Of a stretch of 29,807 nt of DNA, positions 1-7,796 are shown piece after piece. The notes beneath the pieces were generated by a model. That model was not told where the DNA came from and made no database searches. It saw nothing but the letters and a program-made list of their open reading frames with translations. The stretch is taken from assembly GCA_034440375.1 (NCBI GenBank), contig JAWXBZ010000064.1, forward strand, positions 1-29,807, read 5' to 3'. This DNA is from Candidatus Eiseniibacteriota bacterium (GTDB lineage: Bacteria; Eisenbacteria; RBG-16-71-46; JABDJR01; JAWXBZ01). A program made the position numbers and the translations under genes. Position 1 is the first letter of the stretch, and each line of letters starts with the position of its first letter.

Positions 1-40
1 CGTGGAAATCGATGTCGTGGCGATCAAACCGGGGCTCTGA
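1..40 (+). CDS. 3' end of a probable RidA/YjgF (Rid) family protein, partial
   Basis: Frame 2 reads VEIDVVAIKPGL-TGA, resembling the C-terminal VEIExIA motif of the Rid family. Only 12 codons are visible. Confidence 0.6.
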   Translation, partial: VEIDVVAIKPGL

Positions 41-174
41 CCGGGTGGCGGGGCCCTGGGGCGCTGCGTGGGGTCGCCCTGGGTGCCGGGGTCAGCGGGA
101 TCGCCTTGAGCGCCGGTGACATCGGGGATGACCCGACTCCTGCAGAAGATGAGGCCGACCTGAGTGATTCACAG

Positions 175-203
175 TTGAGACACGTCGCTAGCCCCGCTAC
201 AAT
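175..203 (+). promoter_or_regulatory. sigma70-type promoter upstream of tRNA-Sec
   Basis: TTGAGA (175-180), 17-nt spacer, TACAAT (198-203), 21 nt before the tRNA. Confidence 0.7.
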
Positions 204-224
204 CATCGGCTTGTGAATTCCAAA

Positions 225-322
225 GGGAGCGAACGAGTCCTGGTGGGCTCCGAGGACTTCAAATCCTTCTGCCGGGCGCTAATCACGTCCGGGGTGGGTT
301 CGATTCCCACACGTTCCCGCCA
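225..322 (+). tRNA. selC: tRNA-Sec (anticodon TCA)
   Basis: Acceptor GGGAGCG/CGTTCCC; 6-bp D stem GAGTCC/GGGCTC with 4-nt loop TGGT; anticodon arm GAGGA-CTTCAAA-TCCTT; long variable arm CCGGGCG/CGTCCGG; T arm GTGGG-TTCGATT-CCCAC; G discriminator and encoded CCA; 98 nt. Confidence 0.96.
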
Positions 323-347
323 GCTGCTTCGGGGCGTGTCGGGACAA

Positions 348-986
348 ATGCTCTTGTCCGCCGTTCTGGCAGGACTTTTCGTCGCGACGGCCTGGTCAGC
401 TCCGACTGAGATGCCGGCCAACCCGACAGACGGGGTTGTGGTGCCTGATACGACGCAGGTTACGGCAGTGCCTGACACGACGCAAATTACGACGGTGCCC
501 GACACATCGCGGGTGGGTTCGACAGATGGTGATCCACTCGATCCAGTGGCTCCGATTGCCGGCGAAAGATTTGATCCTCCCAGATTGCGTCAGATCGAAA
601 AACGGCCGAGCGTGGCCTGGACGACGAGCAAGTCCGGGCTCGTGCCGGGTTGGGGACAGTTGACGAACAAGAAGCCGCTCAAGGCAGGTCTGTTCTTCGG
701 GGCCTGGGCGTTTTTCGCGGGACAAGCGCTGGCCGCTGAGCAGGATCGAAAAAGCGCACAACAGGCATTTGATCAATCCGGCGCGTTGGCAGACATGAAT
801 TCGGTGAACGCCGCGGTTGATCACCGAAACTCTCGGCTCTGGTGGATGGGCGGCGTGGCTCTCTTCTCGATGCTTGATGCCTACGTCGACGTTCATTTTT
901 GGGACTTCGAGAAACAGTGGAGCGCCCGGGTCGGGCCGACCGCGCAAGGCGGCGCGGCGCTGGCCCTGGGGGTACGATTCGAGTAG
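348..986 (+). CDS. Membrane/secreted protein, DUF5683-like
   Basis: ATG 348 lies after the tRNA and gives a signal-peptide-like MLLSAVLAGLFVATAWSA. Family-like motifs SGLVPGWGQLTNKKPLKA and SMLDAYVDVHFWDF; ends LALGVRFE; three 27-bp VPDTT repeats at 441-512. Confidence 0.75.
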   Translation: MLLSAVLAGLFVATAWSAPTEMPANPTDGVVVPDTTQVTAVPDTTQITTVPDTSRVGSTDGDPLDPVAPIAGERFDPPRLRQIEKRPSVAWTTSKSGLVPGWGQLTNKKPLKAGLFFGAWAFFAGQALAAEQDRKSAQQAFDQSGALADMNSVNAAVDHRNSRLWWMGGVALFSMLDAYVDVHFWDFEKQWSARVGPTAQGGAALALGVRFE

Positions 987-1149
987 CTCCGGCGCCGGTT
1001 GGCGCGGTGCCGGTTGCGCGGTGCCGGGTGGATGGCGCCGGTAGGTGAAGATTGCCACCTGGGTAAGTCTCTGGTCCGTACTGGTGTCAGTCGGGCGGAG
1101 TGCGGGTCGACTTTTGGAATTCTGAAAACAGAATAGAGTCTGGAGATAC

Positions 1150-2949
1150 ATGGACCGTCACGTTCGCAATTTCTGCATCATCGCCCACGTCGACCATGGC
1201 AAATCGACCCTGGCCGACCGACTGCTCGAAATCACCGGCACGGTCGACAAGCGGGCGATGAAAGAGCAGGTGCTCGACACGATGGACCTTGAGCGGGAAA
1301 AGGGGATCACGATCAAATCCCACCCCGTGACCATGGAGTACCAGGCGGCGGACGGTCAGCGGTACCGGCTGAATCTCATCGACACGCCAGGTCACGTCGA
1401 TTTCAGCTACGAAGTCAGCCGTTCGCTGGCGGCGTGTGAAGGGGCGATCCTGGTGGTCGACGCCGCGCAGGGGATACAGGCCCAGACGCTCTCGAATTTT
1501 CTCCTCGCCCGGTCGGGGGGGCTGACGATCATCCCCGTGTTGAACAAGATCGACCTGCCTGGTGCCTATCCGGACAAGGTTGCCGAGGAACTGGCGAACC
1601 TGTTGGAGGTCGAGCCGGAGTCGGTGATTCGCATCAGCGCCAAGACCGGCCTCGGTGTGGCGGAGGTCCTTGAGCGCGTGGTTGACGTGGTGCCTCCACC
1701 AAGGGGGCATGCTTCCGGGTCCGGTCGATCGCTGATCTTCGATTCGATCTTCGACCAGTATCGTGGTGTGGTCGTCTATGTGCGCGTCGTTGATGGCGTT
1801 CTCAAGGCCGGAACGAAGATCACGATGATGGCCACCGGGACGATGGTCGAGATCCTGGAGGTCGGCGTGTTCAAGCCGGCCTGGTCCGCCAGGCCGGTGC
1901 TGCACGCCGGCGATGTGGGCTACGTGGTGGCCAATATCAAGAACGTGGCCGAGGCGCGGGTCGGCGACACCATCACGACAACGGAGAATCCGGCAACCGA
2001 GCCACTGCCCGGCTACCGTCCCATGAAGCCGATGGTCTTTTCGGGGCTCTATCCGATTGCCACCGAAGACTACGAGAATTTGAAGGAAGCGCTGGGAAAA
2101 CTCTCCCTGAACGATGCCGCGCTGACTTTTGAGCCGGAAACGTCGGTGGCGCTCGGATTCGGCTACCGCTGCGGGTTCCTTGGACCGCTTCACCTTGAGA
2201 TCATCAAGGAGCGGCTGGAGCGCGAATACAATATGGAGATCATCGCGACGGTGCCGAACGTGCGCTACGAGATCATGGACACCCGAGGAGAAATCTTCTA
2301 CGTGGAGAGCCCCGTGGCCATGCCCGAGCCGCACCTGATCGAGGAAATCTCTGAACCGTTCGTCAAGGTGACTGTCCTGACGCCCAACGAGTATGTCGGC
2401 AACATTATGCAACTTACCCAGGACCGGCGCGGTATTTTCAAGGAGATGGAATACCTGGACACGACCCGGGTGCGGCTGGTTTACGACGTGCCGCTGACCG
2501 AGATCATTCTGGACTTTTACGACCGTCTCAAATCGCTCTCGCGCGGTTATGCGACAATGGATTACGAGTACATGGGCTACAAACCATCGGAGGTCGTGAG
2601 GCTGGATATCCGGCTGAATGATGAGCCGGTGGACGCCCTTTCCGTGATCGTTCACAAGGACAAAGCATACGAATGGGGCCGGGCAGTCGCCGCGAAGTTA
2701 AAGGAATTGATACCAAAACAGATGTTCCAAATCGCCATCCAGGCAGCCATCGGCAGCAAGATTGTGGCCCGGGAGACGATCGGAGCGGTTCGAAAGAATG
2801 TCACCGCCAAGTGTTACGGCGGTGATATCACCCGCAAGCGCAAGCTCCTGGAGAAGCAGAAGGAGGGGAAGAAACGCATGAAGCAGTTGGGAACAGTTCA
2901 GGTGCCGCAGGAGGCTTTTCTTGCCCTCTTGAAGGCTGATCGGGGTTAG
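1150..2949 (+). CDS. lepA: Translation elongation factor 4 (LepA)
   Basis: RNFCIIAHVDHGKSTLADRL, GITIK, DTPGHVDF, NKIDL, C-terminal KCYGGDITRKRKLLEKQKEGKKRMK. Confidence 0.99.
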   Translation: MDRHVRNFCIIAHVDHGKSTLADRLLEITGTVDKRAMKEQVLDTMDLEREKGITIKSHPVTMEYQAADGQRYRLNLIDTPGHVDFSYEVSRSLAACEGAILVVDAAQGIQAQTLSNFLLARSGGLTIIPVLNKIDLPGAYPDKVAEELANLLEVEPESVIRISAKTGLGVAEVLERVVDVVPPPRGHASGSGRSLIFDSIFDQYRGVVVYVRVVDGVLKAGTKITMMATGTMVEILEVGVFKPAWSARPVLHAGDVGYVVANIKNVAEARVGDTITTTENPATEPLPGYRPMKPMVFSGLYPIATEDYENLKEALGKLSLNDAALTFEPETSVALGFGYRCGFLGPLHLEIIKERLEREYNMEIIATVPNVRYEIMDTRGEIFYVESPVAMPEPHLIEEISEPFVKVTVLTPNEYVGNIMQLTQDRRGIFKEMEYLDTTRVRLVYDVPLTEIILDFYDRLKSLSRGYATMDYEYMGYKPSEVVRLDIRLNDEPVDALSVIVHKDKAYEWGRAVAAKLKELIPKQMFQIAIQAAIGSKIVARETIGAVRKNVTAKCYGGDITRKRKLLEKQKEGKKRMKQLGTVQVPQEAFLALLKADRG

Positions 2950-2979
2950 GGGGCGCGACCCCGGTCCGCCTTCAAGAGG
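2925..2979. repeat. 23-bp inverted repeat (hairpin) spanning the lepA stop codon
   Basis: CCTCTTGAAGGC-T-GATCGGGGTT (2925-2947) pairs with GACCCCGGTC-C-GCCTTCAAGAGG (2957-2979): one mismatch, two G-U pairs, 9-nt loop. Confidence 0.85.
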
Positions 2980-3022
2980 TGGAACTTCAGGAGGCAGATC
3001 GGGAACGCGGGTAAATACTCAT

Positions 3023-3128
3023 GGCCGACCGTACGAATCGGCCGAGCGCAATGTACGAATCGGCCAAGCGCAAAGTGTACGAATCGGCCGAGCGCACGAA
3101 TCGGCCGACCGCAAAGGGGTACGAATCC
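3023..3128. repeat. Imperfect tandem repeat of 17-25-bp units, core GTACGAATCGGCCGAGCGCA
   Basis: Units start at 3031, 3053, 3077, 3094 and 3119. ACGAATCGGCC is exact in four units and ACGAATC in five. Confidence 0.9.
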
Positions 3129-3180
3129 ACCCCCCGCGTTGATCGGGGTCTGAACGCATCACCCTGTGTATTCGGAGGCC

Positions 3181-3885
3181 ATGAAATCCCACATGAATGC
3201 TCGCGCTGAAGGTCGGACCATCGAGCGTCCCAGCCGGAAATCAGTGGTTCGGGAATACGCCGAAGCGCTCTTTTTCGCCATCATCCTCACGATTTTCATC
3301 CGGACATTTGTGATCCAGGCCTTTCGAATTCCGTCGGGCTCGATGGAAAATACACTGCTGGTCGGGGACTACCTTTTCGTAAACAAGTTTCTGTACGGTG
3401 CAAAGGTTCCGTTTTCCAGCTGGAGTCTGCCGGCAGTCCGGCAGCCGAGGCGGGGCGACGTCATCGTGTTCAAGTTTCCAGAAGACACCAAGAAGGACTT
3501 CATCAAGCGTTGTATCGGCACGCCGGGTGACAAGGTAGAGATTCGGGACAAGGTTGTTTACGTTAATGACCAGCCGATTGACGAGCCATACGTCAAGCTC
3601 GATGACGCACGGATCCTGCCTCGAAGCTATTCCAGCCAGGGAATCTTCCCGGCCCGTGGGGGGAACAAGGACAATTACGGGCCGATCACCGTCCCGCCGA
3701 ATCACCTGTTCATGATGGGTGACAACCGTGATCACTCCGATGACAGCCGCTACTGGGGCTTCATGAACACCGATCTGATCAAGGGAAAGGCGATTTTCAT
3801 CTACTTCTCACTGGACCAGGACAAGAAACTGGCCGGCATGATTCCAATGCCACGGCTGGACCGTGTCGGGGATATGATCCGGTAG
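3181..3885 (+). CDS. lepB: Signal peptidase I
   Basis: TM helix then IPSGSMENTLLVGD (Ser), DFIKRCIG (Lys), MMGDNRDHSDDSRYWG. GGAGG RBS precedes ATG 3181; adjacent to lepA. Confidence 0.98.
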   Translation: MKSHMNARAEGRTIERPSRKSVVREYAEALFFAIILTIFIRTFVIQAFRIPSGSMENTLLVGDYLFVNKFLYGAKVPFSSWSLPAVRQPRRGDVIVFKFPEDTKKDFIKRCIGTPGDKVEIRDKVVYVNDQPIDEPYVKLDDARILPRSYSSQGIFPARGGNKDNYGPITVPPNHLFMMGDNRDHSDDSRYWGFMNTDLIKGKAIFIYFSLDQDKKLAGMIPMPRLDRVGDMIR

Positions 3886-4321
3886 GCCGTCGCCGGGAAG
3901 GAGTGTCCCGGAGTTCGGTGGTTGACAGTCCGGTTGTCGTGCCGCGGGCACGGAGGCGTCGGCAGGGGAACCACACGCCTGTCGCAGCCCGAAGACTCCA
4001 GATCAGCAGTTTTCATTCCCACCATCGCGATTGAAGCCGCTCTGGGTGTGTCTGACTGCCCTTGTCATCGAGATGGGACTTTCGCTCCTGGTGGCGGCCG
4101 ACGCCCAGCTGGGGCTTCCGCCCAGGCTGGCGTCCCGCGCGGAGCGTGCCATCGTTCGATCGCCCCGCACTGCGATATCCGCGACTCCCATCCTGATCAT
4201 CGTGGCATGGAACTCTTCGACGACGACGATTGCCACCATTGCGCCAGAGCCATCCCCCCTCACACCCTCGCGCAGTTTCTAGACACACCAGTGCTGACGC
4301 TCCCGGACTCGGTTGCGGGCC

Positions 4322-4440
4322 TGATGTTGTCGGTGAGTTTGGCGCAACGGTGCGGCCGGGTGCTGTCGGTCAGTTGGAGCCTGCTGGTTGGTGGGTGCTT
4401 TCGGTCAGTCGGGCAATTTCACCCGGCCGGGTGTTCGGCG
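4322..4440. repeat. Degenerate tandem repeat of about 35-bp period (GGGTGCTGTCGGTCAGTTGG-like core)
   Basis: TCGG cores at 4330, 4366, 4401 and 4435 (spacing 36, 35, 34). Units at 4358 and 4393 share GGGTGCTKTCGGTCAGT. Confidence 0.6.
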
Positions 4441-6123
4441 CGACTTCCCACCGCCTCCGTTCTCAACTCGGCCTGGACCGAGTTCGTCAGGTGTTGATGA
4501 GGTCGCTGGTTTGTCGTCGACATCACACTCCCGGTTGCCATTCCGGTAGTCATCCTCATGGTTATCCCGGTGGTCAACCCGGTCGCCATCCCGATGGTTA
4601 TCCCGATCGTCAACCCGGTCGCCATCCCGGTGGTCAACCCGGTGGTCAACCGGGATCGTCGGACTGCGGGTAAAGCTGACTTCGGACTCCCAGGCGTTGT
4701 GAACTCGGCATCGAAGCGCAAGATTTACGGCGGTGGTGGCCCCGCCGCTGGCCCATGGGACGATATGATGATATTCAAGGGCGCCGCGGCGGTCGCATCG
4801 TACTCCGTCCTCGCCGACAAAGGCGCACTGGCCATCATCTCGATACCAGACTTCGCGGCGGATGGCGGCGGAAATGTCTCGAGATGCTCGATCCAAGGCA
4901 TCACCATCAGACCCGGAAGCAGTCTGAATGACAGTTGCCGCCGCCTGTACCGATTCCCGATTTCGCTCCACCGCCCCGCGGACGCCAATTGCGGGATTCG
5001 GGCGGGCCATCAACCGGGCGAACTTTCGCTGTTCGAGTCGATCGAGAAGGACGCCGAGCGCCCGGTCGAGGATCTTGGCCGGATCACCATCGGGAACCTG
5101 ATGTCGCAACAGTTCCCGCGCCTGTTCCAGCTTCAACCTTGTCTCAGACGAAATCGTCAAATGAAGTCGATAGTACGGGACCTCCTCGCCGGGTATCCCG
5201 GAACCGGCTGCCCCGCCAGCCGTAGCCCCGCCGCCAGCGGCACCGCCTACGCTGCCGCCAGCCGCACCGCCTACGCTGCCGCCAGCCGCACCGCCACCGC
5301 CGCTCGCAGCGACGCCGGCAACTGCACCGTACCCACCGCCCGCACATGCGCCACGACCGTCCGCTTGGAGGGTCCCGAGATCGCCAGCGCTGCGCTCCAT
5401 CTCGGCAGGTGACCACCAGATGTGATGCGGTGACGCCTTATGCAGGTCCGGAGCGTTCGACGCTGGCCTCAGGGTATGGTCGCTGAATTCCAACGAACTG
5501 GCGACGGACGTGATGCAACCCGTCATGCTACGAATCGCATCGCCGGGATTGCCCGGTGGGGGTACGACATCAAATCGCGCGCGCGGTCGGGAAGTGGGTC
5601 CGCATCGAAAAGGGGCGACCAGGTCCTCGACTTCGCGCCGACTCCGATGACATGCCGCATCGAGGAGTCCGCGATGATTGTCCGTGGTGAGGTGGGGCCG
5701 CAGCAGGGACAGGGCGGTCAGATGAATCGAGCCGTCGGCCACTCGCGCGAGAACGGCAGGAAATCGGCGCACAACGCGGGCTGCCTCAATCCGGAGATAG
5801 GCCGCCTGCTCCGAGAAGTGGAGTCCTCTCGTGCAGTAATTGAAGAGCGAGGAGTATCCCTGGGCGATGTAGAGGCGTCGACCGTCCAGGACTGCCAGAT
5901 GCGCCAGCAACTGCGTCGTCGATCGGCGTTCCTTGACCACCATGCTCCTCAATCGCTTGAGGAGATCCCGATCATCGAGTGACTCGATCTCGCGAACGAA
6001 ATCGATGGCTCGTGATTCTCGCTCGTTTTGTCGGCGAACTGCCTCGTCCGAGGAATCGTGTTCGTCCAGTTTCTGAGTCAACCCGTGTGTCGACACGAAG
6101 GGAATCCCGCTCGAACTGATCAT
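4405..6123 (-). CDS. HNH endonuclease with DUF222-like helical N-terminal domain
   Basis: N-terminal LLAHLAVLDGRRLYIAQGYSSLFNYCTRGLHFSEQAAYLRIEAARVVRRFP; C-terminal IRREVWYRDDGQCAF..C..LEYHHIVPWASGGATTAVNLALRCRVHN; Gly/Ala linker. Start codon uncertain. Confidence 0.9.
   Translation of the reverse strand: MISSSGIPFVSTHGLTQKLDEHDSSDEAVRRQNERESRAIDFVREIESLDDRDLLKRLRSMVVKERRSTTQLLAHLAVLDGRRLYIAQGYSSLFNYCTRGLHFSEQAAYLRIEAARVVRRFPAVLARVADGSIHLTALSLLRPHLTTDNHRGLLDAACHRSRREVEDLVAPFRCGPTSRPRARFDVVPPPGNPGDAIRSMTGCITSVASSLEFSDHTLRPASNAPDLHKASPHHIWWSPAEMERSAGDLGTLQADGRGACAGGGYGAVAGVAASGGGGAAGGSVGGAAGGSVGGAAGGGATAGGAAGSGIPGEEVPYYRLHLTISSETRLKLEQARELLRHQVPDGDPAKILDRALGVLLDRLEQRKFARLMARPNPAIGVRGAVERNRESVQAAATVIQTASGSDGDALDRASRDISAAIRREVWYRDDGQCAFVGEDGVRCDRRGALEYHHIVPWASGGATTAVNLALRCRVHNAWESEVSFTRSPTIPVDHRVDHRDGDRVDDRDNHRDGDRVDHRDNHEDDYRNGNRECDVDDKPATSSTPDELGPGRVENGGGGKSRRTPGRVKLPD
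4465..4484. repeat. 20-bp quasi-palindrome, copy 1 (AACTCGG-CCTGGA-CCGAGTT)
   Basis: Perfect 7-bp arms. Its reverse complement AACTCGGTCCAGGCCGAGTT matches 6335-6354 at 19/20. Confidence 0.85.
4529..4652. repeat. 12-bp tandem repeat in the HNH C-terminal tail
   Basis: About ten variants of ATCCCGGTGGTC/AACCCGGTCGCC, encoding VDHR/DGDR/DNHR on the - strand. Confidence 0.9.
5230..5301. repeat. 24-bp tandem repeat, three copies, in the HNH linker
   Basis: GCCGCCAGCSGCACCGCCTACGCT twice plus a variant; encodes GGAAGGSV-type units on the - strand. Confidence 0.9.
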
Positions 6124-6334
6124 GTTGTCTCGATCCTTGTCCGGGGGATATCGTTTCGGCGCCGGGCGGGGGCGCCGTGGACCGCGATCGCGAGGCGCGG
6201 CGCGCTGCCGCCTTCATCATGGATGGCCCGAGGGCCGAGGTGTCAACGGAAAAGTGCAGAGTCAGCGAAAATGGCGATCGAATTCGGTGAGTCGTCGCAG
6301 AGGTCGCGGTACTATTTGAGCATCAGGCCCCCTC

Positions 6335-6354
6335 AACTCGGTCCAGGCCGAGTC
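6335..6354. repeat. 20-bp quasi-palindrome, copy 2 (AACTCGG-TCCAGG-CCGAGTC), inverted relative to copy 1
   Basis: 19/20 identical to the reverse complement of 4465-4484. Both copies are preceded by CTC on the + strand. Confidence 0.85.
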
Positions 6355-6644
6355 AGGTAGTCGGACCACGAACTACCGGGTCACGAGCGACCGGATCACC
6401 GTCCAGAGGATGACCCGCCACCGAAATTCCGTCCCCTGAACAGGCTAGCTGCCGGAGAATTCCGTCCCCCGGAACAGACTTTCCCCCCTGAGCAGACCGG
6501 CTCCCGGAGAATACCGACTCCCGATCATCAGTACGTCCTGGCTGCCAGTCGTCGGGACCGGGTTGTTCGTCCACAGAACTGGCATACTTTCGATTCATGA
6601 CACTTCACCACGGGGCTGCGAGCAAGTCCCATCAAGGGCCGGCG

Positions 6645-7796
6645 ATGGCCACGCCCAAGAACGCCACGGCCTGCTATGTACACACGCCGTTCTGTGCGAT
6701 CAAGTGCTCCTACTGCAATTTCTTTTCCGGTGTTCGGCAGGTGGGGGAGTTCGAGCTCTGGTTTGAGGGCCTGAGCGCCGAACTGGCGCATCACGCCCGG
6801 CTCGGACGGCTGGCCAGCCGTCAGTTCGATACACTCTATCTCGGGGGCGGGACGCCAACGGCCCTCGCGGCAACCGAACTTGCGCAACTCTTCCAATTGC
6901 TTCACGAGCATTTGGTGATCACCCCAACGGCGGAAATCACTTCGGAGGCAAACCCTGAGAGCCTGACGCCGGAGCAGGCGGTCGTGCTGCGGGAATTAGG
7001 CGTCAACCGGATTTCAATGGGCGCCCAGTCGTTCCATGATGACGAGTTGAAGCGTCTGAACCGCCCCCACGACGTGGCAGCTATCGGCCGGGCCGTCGCC
7101 GCTGCCCGGGGGGCCGGCTTCGACAACCTGAGTCTCGACCTGATCTATGGCCTTCCCGCACAAACCATCGAGCACTGGCAGACGAGCGTGAATCGAGCTC
7201 TCGATCTGGCGCCCGATCATCTCTCCCTCTACTGTCTGATCCTCGAGCCGGCGACCCCGCTGACTGCCGATGTAAACGCCGGCCGCCAGCCCCGGCCGAA
7301 TGATGACCGGCAGCGCGATATGTTCGACTGGACAGTGGCGCACCTCACGGACGCCGGATACGACTTCTATGAACTGTCGAATTTCGCCCGGCCCGGTCGG
7401 CGATCCGAGCACAATTTGCGCTACTGGCTGGGTCAGCCCTGGCTCGGTCTTGGCCCGTCGGCGCATTCGTTTCTGGACGGATCGCGAGGGGCCAATCCGG
7501 CCAACCTCGATCTCTACCGGCGTCGATTCACCGCTGTGGAACCAGTCGACCCGTTTCGCCCGGTCGCGCCGGCCGACCTGATTTTCGAGCGGATATTCAT
7601 GAATCTTCGGTTGATCCACGGGATGGATCTGGCGTCGTTTAGGGCCGAATTCGGCCGATCGCTGGACGATTTCTACCCCGGCGTCGCGGCGCGACTGATC
7701 GATTCCGGACTCCTCATCGAGCGCGATGGCTACCTCTGCCTGACTCCGGGGGCGTGGTTCATCTCAGACGGCGTCTTTTCAGAATTTGTCCCATGA
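6645..7796 (+). CDS. hemW: Radical SAM heme chaperone HemW (HemN-like)
   Basis: YVHTPFCAIKCSYCNF (CxxxCxxC), LYLGGGTPT, EANPES, DLIYGLP, YELSNFA, HNLRYW, GLGPSAHS. Alternative start at 6597. Confidence 0.95.
   Translation: MATPKNATACYVHTPFCAIKCSYCNFFSGVRQVGEFELWFEGLSAELAHHARLGRLASRQFDTLYLGGGTPTALAATELAQLFQLLHEHLVITPTAEITSEANPESLTPEQAVVLRELGVNRISMGAQSFHDDELKRLNRPHDVAAIGRAVAAARGAGFDNLSLDLIYGLPAQTIEHWQTSVNRALDLAPDHLSLYCLILEPATPLTADVNAGRQPRPNDDRQRDMFDWTVAHLTDAGYDFYELSNFARPGRRSEHNLRYWLGQPWLGLGPSAHSFLDGSRGANPANLDLYRRRFTAVEPVDPFRPVAPADLIFERIFMNLRLIHGMDLASFRAEFGRSLDDFYPGVAARLIDSGLLIERDGYLCLTPGAWFISDGVFSEFVP

Noticed and set aside
213-347. N-terminal 45 aa of ORF 213..986
   Set aside because: It overlaps tRNA-Sec. 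ATG 348 gives a clean signal peptide.
1087-2655. 522-aa antisense ORF
   Set aside because: Shadow of lepA caused by GC-rich codon bias; no motifs.
3023-3128. CRISPR array interpretation (also considered for 4322-4440 and 28349-28428)
   Set aside because: Units are degenerate, spacers are absent or too short and non-unique, and there are no cas genes in the window.
3922-4673. ORFs 3922..4497, 4003..4263, 4031..4282 and 4230..4673
   Set aside because: Mutually overlapping, no recognisable family, partly built from repeats. A small gene cannot be fully excluded.
4405-6123. IscB/Cas9-like or IS transposase call for the HNH gene
   Set aside because: No PLMP, RuvC, DDE or HUH motifs are recognisable, and no target-site duplication is seen outside the palindromes.
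6216-6246. Minus-strand promoter for the HNH gene (TTGACA at 6246-6241)
   Set aside because: The best -10 (CATGAT) needs a 19-nt spacer; too weak to call.
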